Assembly: GCF_001194135.2 (NCBI RefSeq)
Contig: NC_068998.1
Span: 36,599,003 to 36,663,002 of the forward strand
Length of the DNA stretch: 64,000 nt
Origin: Octopus bimaculoides
Lineage: Eukaryota
Direction: 5' to 3'
The notes beneath the pieces are model-generated. The model did no database searches. It saw only the letters and a program-made list of their open reading frames with translations, and had not been told where the DNA came from. Position numbers and translations under genes: made by a program. This document shows positions 25,241-39,243 of this stretch, in pieces (positions within the stretch are counted from its first letter, which is position 1; each line of letters opens with the position of its first letter).

Positions 25241-25304
25241 GCACACGCGTGTTTGTGTTTGTGTGTCTGTTTTCCTGTGTGGGAAGTAATTTTTTTCTCC
25301 ATCC

Positions 25305-25665
25305 TTATGTTTCTAGGTTCAATCCTGCAGTGTAGTACCTGAGGCAAGTGTCATCTACTATTGCGCTGGACCCATGTCTTATGAATGTATTTGGTTGATG
25401 GAAAGTGAAAGAAGACCGTCGTATATACGTATGTAAATGTATCTATGTGTGTACATGTCTTTGTGTATGCGTTTGTTCTCCACCGGTATTTGATAACTGG
25501 TGTTGGTTTGTTTATGTCCCCGTAAGTTAGCAGTTCTGCAAAAAGACACCGACTGAATGAGTACCAGTCTTAAAAAGTAAATGCTGAGGTCGATCTGTTC
25601 GACTAAACCTTTCAAGTGGTGCCCCTGCATGGCCGCAGCCCAATGGCTGAAATAAGTAAAACATG
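25305..25665 (+). mobile_element. tRNA-derived SINE with internal microsatellite (diverged)
   Basis: 5' half 'ggttcaatcc..cag..gtacc..ggcaagtgtc.tctacta' and 3' half 'ccccgtaagttagc.gttc.gcaaaa...gcatggccgcag'. Confidence 0.8.
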
Positions 25666-25697
25666 TAAGTATTTAAATGGGTGGGTGTATATAAAGT

Positions 25698-25699
<2 letters not shown>

Positions 25700-25775
<76 letters not shown>

Positions 25776-25808
25776 AAGACAGACAGACAGATAGACGGAC
25801 GGACGGAC

Positions 25809-25862
<54 letters not shown>
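25700..25862. repeat. (GATA)/(GACA) compound microsatellite
   Basis: Direct inspection. Confidence 0.95.
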
Positions 25863-26556
25863 GTAAGGTTTACATTCATGCATGCACACATACGTACATT
25901 GTTATATACACGCGCACACAGACACACATATACAGACACACGCACAAGCACAGATTGATTCAAAAGTCCCTTAAGTAATAATTTATACAGACGAACGACC
26001 GAAATCAGTTGCGGTCGGTTGAGCTTTTTAATATACGTCTACTCCCCCTTTCTCTCTCAAGCTCCTCTCTCAGTTTTTCTCTCTCTTTCTACTTCGTGCC
26101 CTCTGACTCTCTCTCTTTATTTCTTTAATAATCCGCTGAATCTCTCATCTCACCACAACCTTCAGCAACTTCCCCAAGGAATTCATAAGCAATATACAAA
26201 ATCTAGACCCCCACTGACTGCTACGGCTGAAGTATTCCACGATTTTCCGTCTATGGCCCTAACTTTCATGGTTCCATACACTAGGTCCATCTCGCGCAGT
26301 GGAATTAAGTATTTCCGGACAATTGAACAGCGATACCGTTATATTCTGCCAATTTTAGGTCAATGAATAATCTCTGTGTTCTCTCAACAATATATATCTA
26401 CATACATTCATTCATTAATACATACATGTATTGATACCTACGTACATACCTACATACATAGTACATATATACAGACAGACAGTCAGAGAAATAGATCAAT
26501 AGACAAAGAGATAGCTAGCTAGCTGTGCGGATAGATAAATAGATAGATGAACAGAC

Positions 26557-26608
<52 letters not shown>

Positions 26609-26611
26609 GAT

Positions 26612-27000
26612 AGATTTCTTTATTAGCTACACAGGGCTGAACACGGATGGGACAAATACAATGTAGAGATTTCTTTTCGAGGGTGGGGGAGGGGCGAAAA
26701 CAAAGTAAAAAAAAAAGTAGGGACAACGATCAAAAAGAATCGAAATCGTTTGGGATATATACAAAAAAAATCAAAATAATACAAAAAGTTCCCAAGAAAT
26801 GGGGAGGTTTATCTGTGGAAAGAAAAACCTACGAAAAGACCACAGTATATATATAAGTGAATATAAATATATACTCATATATATATATATAAATATATAT
26901 ATTACAATTAAAAGGGTAAAGGTTTATCAATTTATTAATTTATTAATAAATCAACAATTAATAATTTTTACCAAGCCCTTCGGTATGTAAACACCATTAT
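26612..27000 (-). mobile_element. LINE-type 3' UTR/tail fragment ending in (TCTA)n
   Basis: Reverse complement ends '...ttgtccctac...tttgtcccatccgtgttcagccctgtgtagctaataaagaaa(tcta)n', resembling the tails at 11.7 kb and 52.2 kb. Confidence 0.6.
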
Positions 27001-27034
27001 CAGTGGAGAACTTATTTAAAAGTTCTTATACATT

Positions 27035-27880
27035 TATAAACATAATTAAAGGATCAGAAAACATTTGCTTCACCACATACCGAAGTTCAGAAATAGCAGC
27101 TAAAAAAGCTGAGACTCCAACAGATAGCATTACTTGTAATTCACAAAGGCAAAAACAAGAAGAAAAAACAACGAAAACTAACCATTCCGAAGTTAATCAT
27201 AGACGCGTTTCTGGATTATGAGCGATAATACTCAATTTCCTTGATCGGTNNNNNNNNNNNNNNNNNNNNNNNNNNNNNNNNNNNNNNNNNNNNNNNNNNN
27301 NNNNNNNNNNNNNNNNNNNNNNNNNNNNNNNNNNNNNNNNNNNNNNNNNNNNNNNNNNNNNNNNNNNNNNNNNNNNNNNNNNNNNNNNNNNNNNNNNNNN
27401 NNNNNNNNNNNNNNNNNNNNNNNNNNNNNNNNNNNNNNNNNNNNNNNNNNNNNNNNNNNNNNNNNNNNNNNNNNNNNNNNNNNNNNNNNNNNNNNNNNNN
27501 NNNNNNNNNNNNNNNNNNNNNNNNNNNNNNNNNNNNNNNNNNNNNNNNNNNNNNNNNNNNNNNNNNNNNNNNNNNNNNNNNNNNNNNNNNNNNNNNNNNN
27601 NNNNNNNNNNNNNNNNNNNNNNNNNNNNNNNNNNNNNNNNNNNNNNNNNNNNNNNNNNNNNNNNNNNNNNNNNNNNNNNNNNNNNNNNNNNNNNNNNNNN
27701 NNNNNNNNNNNNNNNNNNNNNNNNNNNNNNNNNNNNNNNNNNNNNNNNNNNNNNNNNNNNNNNNNNNNNNNNNNNNNNNNNNNNNNNNNNNNNNNNNNNN
27801 NNNNNNNNNNNNNNCTGCTATTTCTGAACTTCGGTATGTGGTGAAGCAAATGTTTGCTGATCCCTTAATTATGTGTATAA
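27035..27880. repeat. Inverted repeat of about 65 bp across a gap, with a partial hammerhead-like 3' half on the minus strand (27195-27249)
   Basis: 27040-27100 is the reverse complement of 27815-27875. The minus strand reads ...ccaGAAACGCGTCtatgatt and runs into the gap. Confidence 0.7.
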
Positions 27881-28305
27881 ATATATATCTGTATATGTAT
27901 GTGTATGTAGTATACATATATGTCTGTGTTTGTTCGTGCGTGCGTTAAGCATATATAATAGATGTCCACATGCATGCATACATACATACATACATACATA
28001 CATACATACATACATGCATACATACATACATACATACATACATGCATACATACATACATACATACATACATACATACATACATACATACATACATACATA
28101 CATAGTGCTTACATATATACAATGCAGCCAGATTATCGTTTCATTTACAATCATTTCCAGCGTGATCTTTTTTCAGCGCTGATGTATTTCAGCTCTTGTG
28201 GCCTGCGCAGTTTTATGGCCATGTTGTATAATCAAATCCAATGTCTTTGCTAGGAATGACAGCTAGCCAAATTGCTGAGAATTGATTTTTCTTACTCTGT
28301 TAGAG

Positions 28306-28462
<157 letters not shown>

Positions 28463-28611
28463 TTTTATGTAGTGTATGTTGGGAAAGTCAGCATGACGGA
28501 GACATTCCCATTCTGCAAGGTGTAAAAATGTTAGTTATGTATTTTCGTATGTGTACACGTGTATATATATATACATACATTGATACATACATGCATGCAT
28601 ACATACATACA

Positions 28612-28643
<32 letters not shown>

Positions 28644-28690
28644 CACATACACACATACATACATACATACATACATACATACATGCATAC

Positions 28691-28839
28691 GTGGCTGTGT
28701 GCTAAGTAGCTTGCTTCTCAACTGCAATGTTCCAGGTTCAGTCGCACTGCGTAGTACTTTGGGCAGGTATCTTCTACTATAGCTTTGGGCCTTGTGAGTG
28801 GATTTGGTAGATGGAAACTGAAAAGAAGACCATCGTGTT

Positions 28840-28845
<6 letters not shown>
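28691..28845 (+). mobile_element. SINE 5' half running into (TA)n and a gap
   Basis: 'gtggctgtgtgctaagtagcttgcttc...ggttcagtc.cactgcgt..tactttgggcag..tcttctactatag...gaaactgaaagaag'. Confidence 0.85.
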
Positions 28846-28870
<25 letters not shown>

Positions 28871-29483
28871 NNNNNNNNNNNNNNNNNNNNNNNNNNNNNN
28901 NNNNNNNNNNNNNNNNNNNNNNNNNNNNNNNNNNNNNNNNNNNNNNNNNNNNNNNNNNNNNNNNNNNNNNNNNNNNNNNNNNNNNNNNNNNNNNNNNNNN
29001 NNNNNNNNNNNNNNNNNNNNNNNNNNNNNNNNNNNNNNNNNNNNNNNNNNNNNNNNNNNNNNNNNNNNNNNNNNNNNNNNNNNNNNNNNNNNNNNNNNNN
29101 NNNNNNNNNNNNNNNNNNNNNNNNNNNNNNNNNNNNNNNNNNNNNNNNNNNNNNNNNNNNNNNNNNNNNNNNNNNNNNNNNNNNNNNNNNNNNNNNNNNN
29201 NNNNNNNNNNNNNNNNNNNNNNNNNNNNNNNNNNNNNNNNNNNNNNNNNNNNNNNNNNNNNNNNNNNNNNNNNNNNNNNNNNNNNNNNNNNNNNNNNNNN
29301 NNNNNNNNNNNNNNNNNNNNNNNNNNNNNNNNNNNNNNNNNNNNNNNNNNNNNNNNNNNNNNNNNNNNNNNNNNNNNNNNNNNNNNNNNNNNNNNNNNNN
29401 NNNNNNNNNNNNNNNNNNNNNNNNNNNNNNNNNNNNNNNNNNNNNNNNNNNNNNNNNNNNNNNNNNNNNNNNNNNNNNNNNNN

Positions 29484-29522
<39 letters not shown>

Positions 29523-30995
29523 ATACATATATATATATACATGTATGTATATATATACATGTATATATACACATACATATATACACACAAACACATATAT
29601 GACTGAGAAGACCTATGATCAAAAGCATTCCATCTGTGACCTTTCCGCCTTTCTCTGGATGTATCTAGGACATTATCATACAACACGCCCCCCTTTTTAA
29701 GATGGGCGTTCATTTCTTTCATACAATATTGTATCTCGTTTTTGTGTCTATTCCCTATTCTATGATGTAGCCCATGTTCTTTATTCCTATGGAAAATAAA
29801 ATTGATTTTATTTACATATTCATTTCATTGAGTTGTCAGTATGAAGAATATTTGCGAGATTTGAGAATAACAACAGTCTGCAAGGCACCACTCAATACAA
29901 GACAGATTTCATTTTAAGTTGACTCAACCGGAGCATCGTGAAAAGAAGCATCTTCTCAATGATAGTCCGAGGCATCCATTTCATTCGACCTGAGAATCGA
30001 ACCCAGCAAATTCATCAATCTAACCATAAGACAACGAACTTTCACCTTTTAAGAAATTCGAACAGAAAGGAAATATATATGTGCATTTTTTTTCTCTCAT
30101 TTGTTTATATAAAAAGAAAGCATGAATCCCAACTTTTGGTTTCCATATCTATAATGTGTATGAATATCTTTGATTCAGAGATTTTCAACATCTCGTATAA
30201 TCTAACACTCAGACAGTGGAAACCAAGGAGACTTTAGATGATCTGTGTCAGGATATAGTAATACAAAATGTCGACGTAGTAAAATAAACGTTATGCCGCC
30301 GGGGTTAAGCGTATTTTAACGTGTCAAGTAGCCATCGTCTGAGAAAGAGTTTGTGCTGTTTACTAGTGTTGCTGAACGCAAAAATAGATTATCCTGTATT
30401 TCAAACACTCAGAATAGTAAAATCCGTAGAGTATTAAGAACATTATTTTCTTATGACGCTGTATGTTTTTATTTCAAATCCCAACGGGTCTGATTTTGGT
30501 TTCCATCCTTCCTAGGTTGATGAAAATAAGCGCTTTATTAATGTGTCTCAGATTAGCATGGAATAATTTCTGTTACTTCCGTTCACTTCTCTTCATGGCT
30601 GTATGACGTTTCCTTCTGCTTGTAGTTTTATATATATATATATATATATATCCATATAAATATGCATATATTTATATACATATATCCATATAAATATACA
30701 TGTATATGTGAATATCACGTATAGACCGTACTCCGGTAAGCAGTTTCACGGTCCACTTTAAGTTCCAGATCCAAGGTAGGGAAAGTTCTTGGTATGGTGT
30801 AATATAAATAAGAACACAAAATGGTTGAGGTTCACTACAGCTGTTTCACACGCGTTTTTTATTGTTGAATAAATCAATTACATCATTAAAAAATTGTTTG
30901 CTTTACATGAATAAGAATTTTAATCCAAAATTTAACATTGAATATTTGGCTCGTAGGGAATATATTGACTCCTTTATGTCGATGACAATCAGTTA

Positions 30996-31036
<41 letters not shown>

Positions 31037-31099
31037 AGAACTTACATTCTTACTATGTAGAGATGGTATTTAAATGCATGAGACTTCGTGAAAGATACA

Positions 31100-31400
31100 T
31101 TTAAATGAAAAAACATGCACAAACAAGTGTTCAGTGTTCAAATTAATCACCTCTCGGAAGCGTTTTCGTTCTGTCGAGAATGCCAACTGCCCCTTTCCTG
31201 TATGCATTGGTATTGGTGTCTTTGAAGTGGGACCTACTCTAAATGGGTCATACACAAGCTTTCTTTGCATACTCGGACGTCTTTTCTATTATGATGTCGA
31301 ACATTTCGGAGACAGAAGCGATCGATACCAACTAGAAGTATACCAGAAGTGAATGGAGAACACATCAACAGGGATATGTCAGTGGGTTTGCAGCTCAGCA
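31100..31400 (-). mobile_element. Possible piggyBac-like transposase relic
   Basis: Minus strand 'SEMFDIIIEKTSEYAKK...FKDTN...VGIL...ERKRFREVI' loosely resembles PGBD 'E..D.IVE.TN.YA...W.DT...F.G.L...MSR.RFE.I'. Confidence 0.3.
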
Positions 31401-31609
31401 CATAGAAAAGTAAATAGAAATTAACGAAAGCCGATCTCTGTAGCCGGACCAAGGTGTTTGTATTCTGGTTCGGACAGTCATAAAGTAAAAAAGCATCATC
31501 GTTGTTATCTAATTCCAGTCAAGTTTTGATTAAGCAAACCTGTGATGAGAAACATTCAATCCATGATTACCCAATCGTATTTTTAGCCATAATGATCATA
31601 TCGACCAAC

Positions 31610-31905
31610 ATAACTTTTCTTTCTAATCCGGACGATATGTCGCTAAGCAACCTGCCCGGCGTGGTAACTATTCTGCTAGCTCACCGCCTTCCCTGACTAC
31701 CATAGGCGTGAAGCCTGACATTTTGGGAGAGGAAGCTAATCCATTACATTAACTCCAGTGCTTGACTTGTGTTTATTTTATCGACCACAAAAGGATTAAA
31801 GACAAAATTCAACTTAGAAGAATTTGAACTCAGATCATAAAGCCAGAAGAAATGCTGTTAAGCATTTTGTCCGGCACCCTAGCGATTCTGTCAGCTCGCC
31901 GCCTT
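31610..31905 (-). mobile_element. SINE head fragment plus a second SINE copy
   Basis: 'ctaagcaacctgcccggcgtggtaactattctgctagctcaccgcctt' and 'gaatttgaactcaga...aagcattttgtccggcac...gattctgtcagctcgccgcctt'. Confidence 0.8.
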
Positions 31906-32974
31906 CAATGTGTGCTATTGTAATGCACTCTATTATTATCACATGCAGTGTGCAAAAGCAGAATCAATGAAGTGCTGGCCTGTTATATTCAGAAATATCT
32001 CTATGGACTCTTATTTCAATAACCCCACCCCACTACATACCACACCACCATCTCCCGTTGTCGACTTTATTTTTCGTTCCTCCTTGGACCATAGATGCTT
32101 TTGGAATTTGGTGGCATTAAGCCAAATTTAGAAGCAATTATATTGATGAAAAGGTCAAGAGGTTTGCAGTTATTAAAAGCATTAAATAAATATGGATTAA
32201 ATAAATAGTATCTCATTAGGAAATGTAATTGCTGCTGTTCCTGTACAGATGATAAAAATGACGAAGTATGTATGGGCATAACTATGTTACACAAATAACA
32301 TATGACTAATCAGATTTGGTGGCATCAGTCACTTGACAGGACGCTGAGCTCATAAGCAAACCTTTCTTATGTTCATACAATTTTGTATACTTAATTCTCA
32401 GCATTGTTGCTATTACATCATTATAAGCAAGAAATAAATTTCTTTCCCGCATTTTAACAGATAACCTACGAGAATAGAAAGCGGGGTCTTACAAGCTTTC
32501 GAAAATCTTCTGTCGCAGTATGTGTATTGCTGAATGTAAGAAAGGCATCTGCTACTTTCAACCTCATTGTGTCTTTGAAAGAGTGAACACATTTTCCATC
32601 AAACTATTTTCTTCTGTAGTCGTGAACATACTCAATGTAGAAGTAGTATTGCCCTAACTACCATCCTCAGTCAACGTTTTAAATATATGAGAAGGACTGC
32701 CCTGCTTAATATGGCTGCCATTTTTCCATGGTCAATTGTGGCACCGATTTTAATATGACTTCAGATATTTTCAAGGCATAAATCTTAGGACCTCATACAC
32801 TGCAATAAAGATAGGATAATGAAAAATTGTAAAAGACAACTCATATTGAAACGTTGTATCTGTGCATTGTACCAATTATGTTTACATATCTAATTTATTT
32901 CACTTGTGCTCGTTTAACTGCTTCGTTTCCTATTTTCTGTTCGTGCTGTATGTACAAGAACTTCTGAATAATTG

Positions 32975-33335
32975 TTTTTAATTTAGGTACAAGGGTAGCA
33001 ATTTTGAGATGAGAAGATATAATCGATATTAGTATTTAATTAGTATTTTATTTCATCGACCTAGAAAGGTTGAAAGGCAAAGTTGACCTCAGCGAGACTT
33101 GAAGGACTACTGAATAATTCTCCCTAATTTTAGCACAAGGCCAGCAAAATTAAGGGTAAGTGGTACATCGTTGCCACTGACTCCAGAACTTGACTGATAC
33201 TTTATCAATCTCGAAAGGATGAAAGACAAAGTTGACTTCGGCTGAACTTGAACTCAGAACGCAAAGAGCAGAAACAAGTGCTTTTAAGCATTTTGCCCGA
33301 CACTATAGTAATCGTGCCTGCTCGCCACCCTAGTC
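32975..33335 (-). mobile_element. Two tandem SINE copies
   Basis: Two 'atcga..tcgaaagg.tgaaag.caaagttgac.tc' blocks, the second ending 'aagcattttgcccga...ctgctcgccaccct'. Confidence 0.8.
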
Positions 33336-33560
33336 CTCTGAATAATGTAATTCTATCGATTTGTGATATTAGGCGTTACCAGAAATGGATGCGAATGTTA
33401 AAATAATGATTATAGCTTTGAAATAAAGTAGCTTAGCTTTGATGCAGATGTCGTTCAAAGTCGAAAGTCTCAGAGAAACATAAATATAAAAAGATGTTCT
33501 ATATTATAAAGTCTCAAGGCTCCTGATGGCCAAATCCCATGCTGGGATGAAGAGGAGTTA

Positions 33561-34761
33561 CAAGAGTGGGTTAAACATTTTATAGGCTGACTATGAAGGA
33601 GTGATGCTAGAGCTGTGAGCGTGTATTAAATTCAAAGATGACTTCAAAAGTAACTAGTAGCGATTTCTCTTTAAAATGGACAAAATTTAGCATCGTGGTG
33701 TTATCAGTAAAAGAGTTTAGCATGCAAGGACATTCATATTGGCATGCTTGCTGCATTAGGGGATGACGTTCCAGCTTTATCAACAGTGTCAAAGTGGACA
33801 ACTGAATTTAGGAGGGGGAGGGAGAGTCTTGGAGATAATCCAAGGCCTGCATATCCTGGGCGTCCTGAAACTGTCACTGCTGAGGAAAACAATGATCGTG
33901 TTCACCACATGGTGATGGATAACAGGCGATTGATAATAAATCAAATAGCCAATGTCATTAGCATATCCAGCGAGGGAGTTGAGAATATTCTGCTCAATAA
34001 ACTTGGCTTGTCGAAGTTTTCTTCTAGTTGGGTACCACGTCTTCTCACACCTGATCAAAAGCGCACCTGACTGATAACATCACGGGAAAATCTGACATTG
34101 TTTGAAGCATGTTTTCTTGAACGTTTTCTAAGCCCGGATGCATGCTGGGTGCATTACTTTGAGCCAGTGACAAAGAAACAATTCATGCAGTGAAATCACG
34201 CCTACTCCCCTGCGCCAAAGAAGGTCAAGCTCGTTTCATCTGCAGGAAAGGTGGTCACCTCAGTTTTTGGGATGCAAAAGACATTGTGTTTATTGACTAT
34301 ATTCAAAAGGGCCACACCATCAAAGGAGAGAACTCTTCCAGCTTGCTGAGGCACTTACGAAATGCTATCAAGACCAAACGCTCAAGAATTCTGACGAAAG
34401 GGGTTTTGTTTCATCAGGACAATACTTGATTTTAATGGCTGCTGTGCGTCACTGTCTTTGAACAGCTTGATCATGGTTTCTTTTCTCCCGATTCGGCCTC
34501 ATCTGACTATCATCTGATCTCCAACATGAAAAAACACTTGGCTGGAAACCCACCATCGCAGAGATGATGACGTCATATCTGCTATTGATGACTTTTTTGA
34601 CCAACAGGATGAAGACTTTTTACCAATGGGAACCAAGCACTGCAACACCGATGGAAGAAGTGTATGGACAGCAAGGCGAACCATGTTGAAAAATAAACCT
34701 CATTTCCTCACATTCTATGAAAGTATCTTGGTCAGCAAATGAACTTTTCAACCGTCCCTCG
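33561..34761 (+). mobile_element. Near full-length degenerate mariner (DD34D) transposon
   Basis: TA-flanked, with left end '...ttataggctgac' and right end 'gtcagcaaatgaacttttcaaccgtccctcg'. The pseudo-ORF at 33676-34696 contains 'WTTEFRRGRESLGD.PR.GRPET', 'WVPRLLTPDQKR', 'DACWVHYFEP', 'LFHQDN', 'SPDSASSDY' and 'WKKC'. Confidence 0.92.
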
Positions 34762-35540
34762 TATGTTGGGAACAGTCACGAAATCAGTTCTTCAATATGT
34801 TTGTTTATTTCAGGCCATGATTCTTGAAATTTTTACGATTCCAGGCTCTATACCCTCTTCTTCCGGCCATCAAAATCCTCCTCCTCCTCCTCATCATCAT
34901 CATCATCGCCGCCGCCACCGTCATCTCCCGTTGTACTAGGCAAAGTATCTCTTCAAAAAGTGCCAATAGCTTAAATGTATATCCATGGTTAAGAATACTT
35001 GGCTTAAAGATTCTCAGTATTAACTGTAATCTAGCAATAAAACAATGGAAGCTGAATAAATTAGCGATATTCTATTTCGGCAAATAGTTAAATACAAAAA
35101 TATTGGCAAGATGGAATATACTTTATACTGTCAAGAAGAAACGGTCAAAGATTCGAGCAAATTATGTTGTCAGAAAATCAGATGAGCTTTAATATGGCTA
35201 GGAAAACAGGATTATCTAACATTCGAAAGGCATTGATAATAGAATCAATTGATAAAATACAATATTTATATTTAGGAAACATTATATTTTTAAACTCAAA
35301 TCCTACCAGAATCGACTTCGTTTTCCAGTCTTCGAAGATCGATAAAACAGATACTATGCCTAGACCAGGGTCTGTTCAATCGATTTTATTCTAGATCAAA
35401 ATTAGTGGCATTTTGTGAACGATAGAAATTATGTTGTGTTTTAGAGCCAATGTAAAAAACATACCCCGAACCCGTTTGAGTACGTAAAAATATTAATAAA
35501 GATTTTAGTGTTTGGGTAGTGCAATATCAATGCCGCGACG

Positions 35541-35755
35541 AAGGCGGCGAGCAAACAGAATCGTTAGCCAACCGGGCAAAATGCTAAGCAGCATTTCGTC
35601 CGTCTTTATTTCTGAGTTCAAATTCCGCCATGGTCGACTTTACCTTTCATCTCTTTCAGGATTGATACAACACTTACCAGCTGAGCACTGGGGTCGATGT
35701 AATCGACTTACTCTATCCCCTATAACAGCTGGCTTTCGACTAAAGTCTGAAACAA
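35541..35755 (+). mobile_element. tRNA-derived SINE
   Basis: aaggcggcgagc...gaatcgttagc...aaatgctaagc...gagttcaaattccgcc..ggtcgacttt. Confidence 0.9.
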
Positions 35756-36074
35756 ATATTTATGCTGAGAGTTGTAAATTTTGTTCCTCTTATCTTCAGG
35801 TCTGAAGTAATATTCAATCCAGTACCACAAATATCTAAATACTTGTAAACTCTGCTTCTAGTATTGAATTGTATTTGTCCGCAGATTCTTCGTTTTCGTA
35901 TAATTATGATTCAGTATAACAGCGGTAACAGGGCTGTGAACTAAGGTAGTTTGGAGACAGTAGAATCAAGAATGTAGATCAATGATAGTATTTGAGTCAT
36001 AGATTTACGTTAATTCTTATGGCCTTTTAAGAAGAGATGAGTGTTGACTGGGCTGTTTGGGATTTGTATTTTTT

Positions 36075-36480
36075 ATCTTCTATCTTTTCCTTGTTTCTGT
36101 AATTAGCCTGCAGCCAAGAATTTTTAGTCGAATGAATCGATCTCAGTACTTATTTTCTTCAAGCCTGGTACTATTGTATCGTTTTTCTTTTTACTGAACC
36201 GCTACGTTACGGAGATGTAAACACAACAACACCGGTTATCAAACGGTGATCGGAGACAAACATAGACACAAAGACACAAAGACACAAATACACACACACA
36301 CATACATATATAAAAATATACGACAGGCTTCTTTTAGTCTCTGTCTACCAAGTCCACTCACAAGCCTTTAGTCAGCCCGAGGTTATAATGCAAGACACTT
36401 GTCTAGAGTGTCACTCAGTGGGACTGAACCTGGAACCATGTGGTTGGGAAGCATGCTTCTTACAACACAGCCGCATGTGC
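36075..36480 (-). mobile_element. Full-length SINE with internal microsatellite
   Basis: Both halves are present, as at 20.5 kb. Confidence 0.88.
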
Positions 36481-37184
36481 GTGTGGTTTTAATAGTTAAG
36501 CTCCAGATCTGACCTGATTCTGCAGATAAATCGAGTATCAACTTTATTTCCATTTGTGACCACCTCATCTTTTGTTCAGATACAGCCTTCTTTTTTAAGA
36601 CGGTTGGGTGGAATTGTGGAGTGTGGAGATTTGGCTGTCTTTTGTAGCAAATCTAGAAACGTTGTAGAGACAAGGCTGGTATCGGTAATGGTGTGGACAA
36701 TGTTAATTCTCCTTCACCATTTTGCAGCTTGAAGTAAAATCCTGGACTGTCAATGCAACTCTCTACATCTACATTATCTTCTACGTTCTATCACTATAGA
36801 ATCCTTCCAGTCTAGCAAGTATTCTACCTCAATACCCTACAGGATAAAAGGACTGACTTACAAATGATAGAAGCAGAAACAAGAAGAGTTTTGACGCCAA
36901 CTTGAAGTGATGATGTTCATGGAATTGGACACTGTCTTAATGAAACTTTCATCCGTTTCATAACAGAGAAATAATTCCACCCTCTACATTAATCTATTGT
37001 TTCTCTGAAACGAGATTTTTGTTTTCTCTACAAATAACCAGCCTCAATACAATTTCCAGACTATCGAAATTGGAATTCACTTCAGTTGCTGAAACTGTTT
37101 TCTAAAAATAAACGCTGAATATGCTGTCATATCAATTTTTACGTCAGCTTTTTAAATCGCGACTGTATGAATGCTCGGTCTTGC

Positions 37185-37610
37185 AGTGTCTTTATATTAG
37201 TTCGATTGATAGTCGAATCTCTTGATATATGCAGTGAAACATGACACTGACAAAGAAATTATCAAACGGGCTAGATGGCTACTACACAAGGATATTACGA
37301 ATGGTCCTAAATGTAAAATGGCAGCAACATTTGACGAAAGAATGTCTTTATGGAGACCTGCTGAAAGTTAGCGAGACGAAGAATCCGAGACAACTGCGAC
37401 TCTCTGATCACTATGAAGCATCCAAATTAGTTATGGAACCCATAGCAGATATAAGAAGAAAACGTTGTCACAGTTATATCGACAAGTTGATCGCATACAC
37501 TGGACTGGAGTGTATACAGAACCTCGAGGCAGTGATATTGTACCAGGAAGTGTGGTGGGTGGACTTTGTTGCTGCGGCCCGGGTTGGAACCTGGCCATTA
37601 TAATAATAAA
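37185..37610 (+). mobile_element. RTE-clade LINE 3' fragment (end of RT ORF) with (TAA)n tail
   Basis: 'TLTKKLSNGLDGYYTRILRMVLNVKWQQHLTKECLYGDL.KVS...RQLRL' is the RTE post-RT signature; the element ends in ttataataataa. Confidence 0.88.
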
Positions 37611-38989
37611 ATACAAGTAAACTCCGCAATTCTATAGTATTGAAGAAAAGTTCCGAGGGATGTAATTGTCGAAATGAAGGGTTGTATAAGTAGTATTTGA
37701 TACAGCTATATAAAAGAGTGTCTGAAGTATATCGAGGTTAATACACTGAGAAGATAAGTGGGAGAGAGCAACGGGTATAATGAGAAGTTTGGCCACGGAC
37801 GTAACGTAGTGTCTGTGATAGGGTACGAACCGTAAACTTTTCGGTTGATAATTCGATACTATACCGCGTTAAAAGATTTTCCGTTATTTTACACCATCAA
37901 AATTCACACTACAACAATCCTTTCGAAAGCTTGAGGCTGTCAAAAGAAACTAATACATAGATGGCTGTCTGGAAGAAAAACAAACAAACAAAATGATTTA
38001 CCATTACTAGACAACAACAATCAGAATAATATCTATACAGTAACAATAAAAATACCGCAGCAAACAGACGACAACAATGGCAACAACAAAGAAGGATGAA
38101 CATCAAAAGAAACCCCCTCCCTCTTCACACTTAGCAAGCACTGCATTTCCCGCACCTCTTGAATCCACTAACAAGAACTACAGCTCTCTATAAAGGCAAG
38201 CTATTCGTTGCGTGTTGATGTATTATTTGTTGTCATCTGTCCATTTTCAGTAGAATTATATCCATTCACTCATTGTTATGATCAGTATAGTTTCTCTAGG
38301 GCTAAATTTCATCAAGGACTATTATCACATACACCGTTTGTTTAAAATATAATGGTATTGTGTATGGATGTGTGTAGTAGCTGTTTGAGAATCAATGTTT
38401 ATGATACAATGACCGACTGTTTGAAATAGTTTTTGTAATTTAACTGGTAGCAAGTACCAGCACGATGCCTGCCGGCTTCATAAATAACTTAGAATTACAT
38501 CAGAGATTAAACAAGAAATGTTTTAGAATACTTCCACTTCGAAATCTGATTTTCTCTCATGCTATGGAAAGATATGTGCAATGGTCTGAGGATATATTGC
38601 ATACGAACATGCACGGTGGAAAATAGAATACAGAGAGCAGGAAAATAACAGTAGAAAAAGAAACAAAAGACTTAACCTAGACATTAATTTTGAATGCATT
38701 TTAATGAGAAGAATGCCATATAAAAAGGAAAGCATGGAAAGGAAATGATATTAGAAAATTAAAAATAAGCAGATCCAACCGTATCATAACATTTTTACAT
38801 GTATATGGAGGTCTCGAACAAGTCAAACTGTACAGAACTGAATGGAATTTTATCCAACCAGTATGCAACGACAGACAGAGAGAGTGAGAAGGAAGTCTCA
38901 AATTTGATGTAAAATGAATATCGCAACTGACTTCTGTTATAAAGAACCGGGAATTCAATTTCCTGGTTGATGTTTGCATCGGCAAAATT

Positions 38990-39059
<70 letters not shown>

Positions 39060-39060
<1 letters not shown>

Positions 39061-39204
39061 CTCCCTGTAGCTTACTTACCAACCACATGGTTTCGGGTTC
39101 AGTCCCACTGCGTGACACCTTGGGCAAGTATCTTCTACTATAGCCTCGGGCCGACCAAAGCCTTGTGAGTGGATTCGGTAGAGGGAAACTGAAGGAAGCC
39201 CGTC

Positions 39205-39243
<39 letters not shown>

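Noticed and set aside
30825-30870. Minus-strand GAAACAGCTGTA resembling a hammerhead 3' half
   Set aside because: No CTGANGA half is found upstream; too weak to call.
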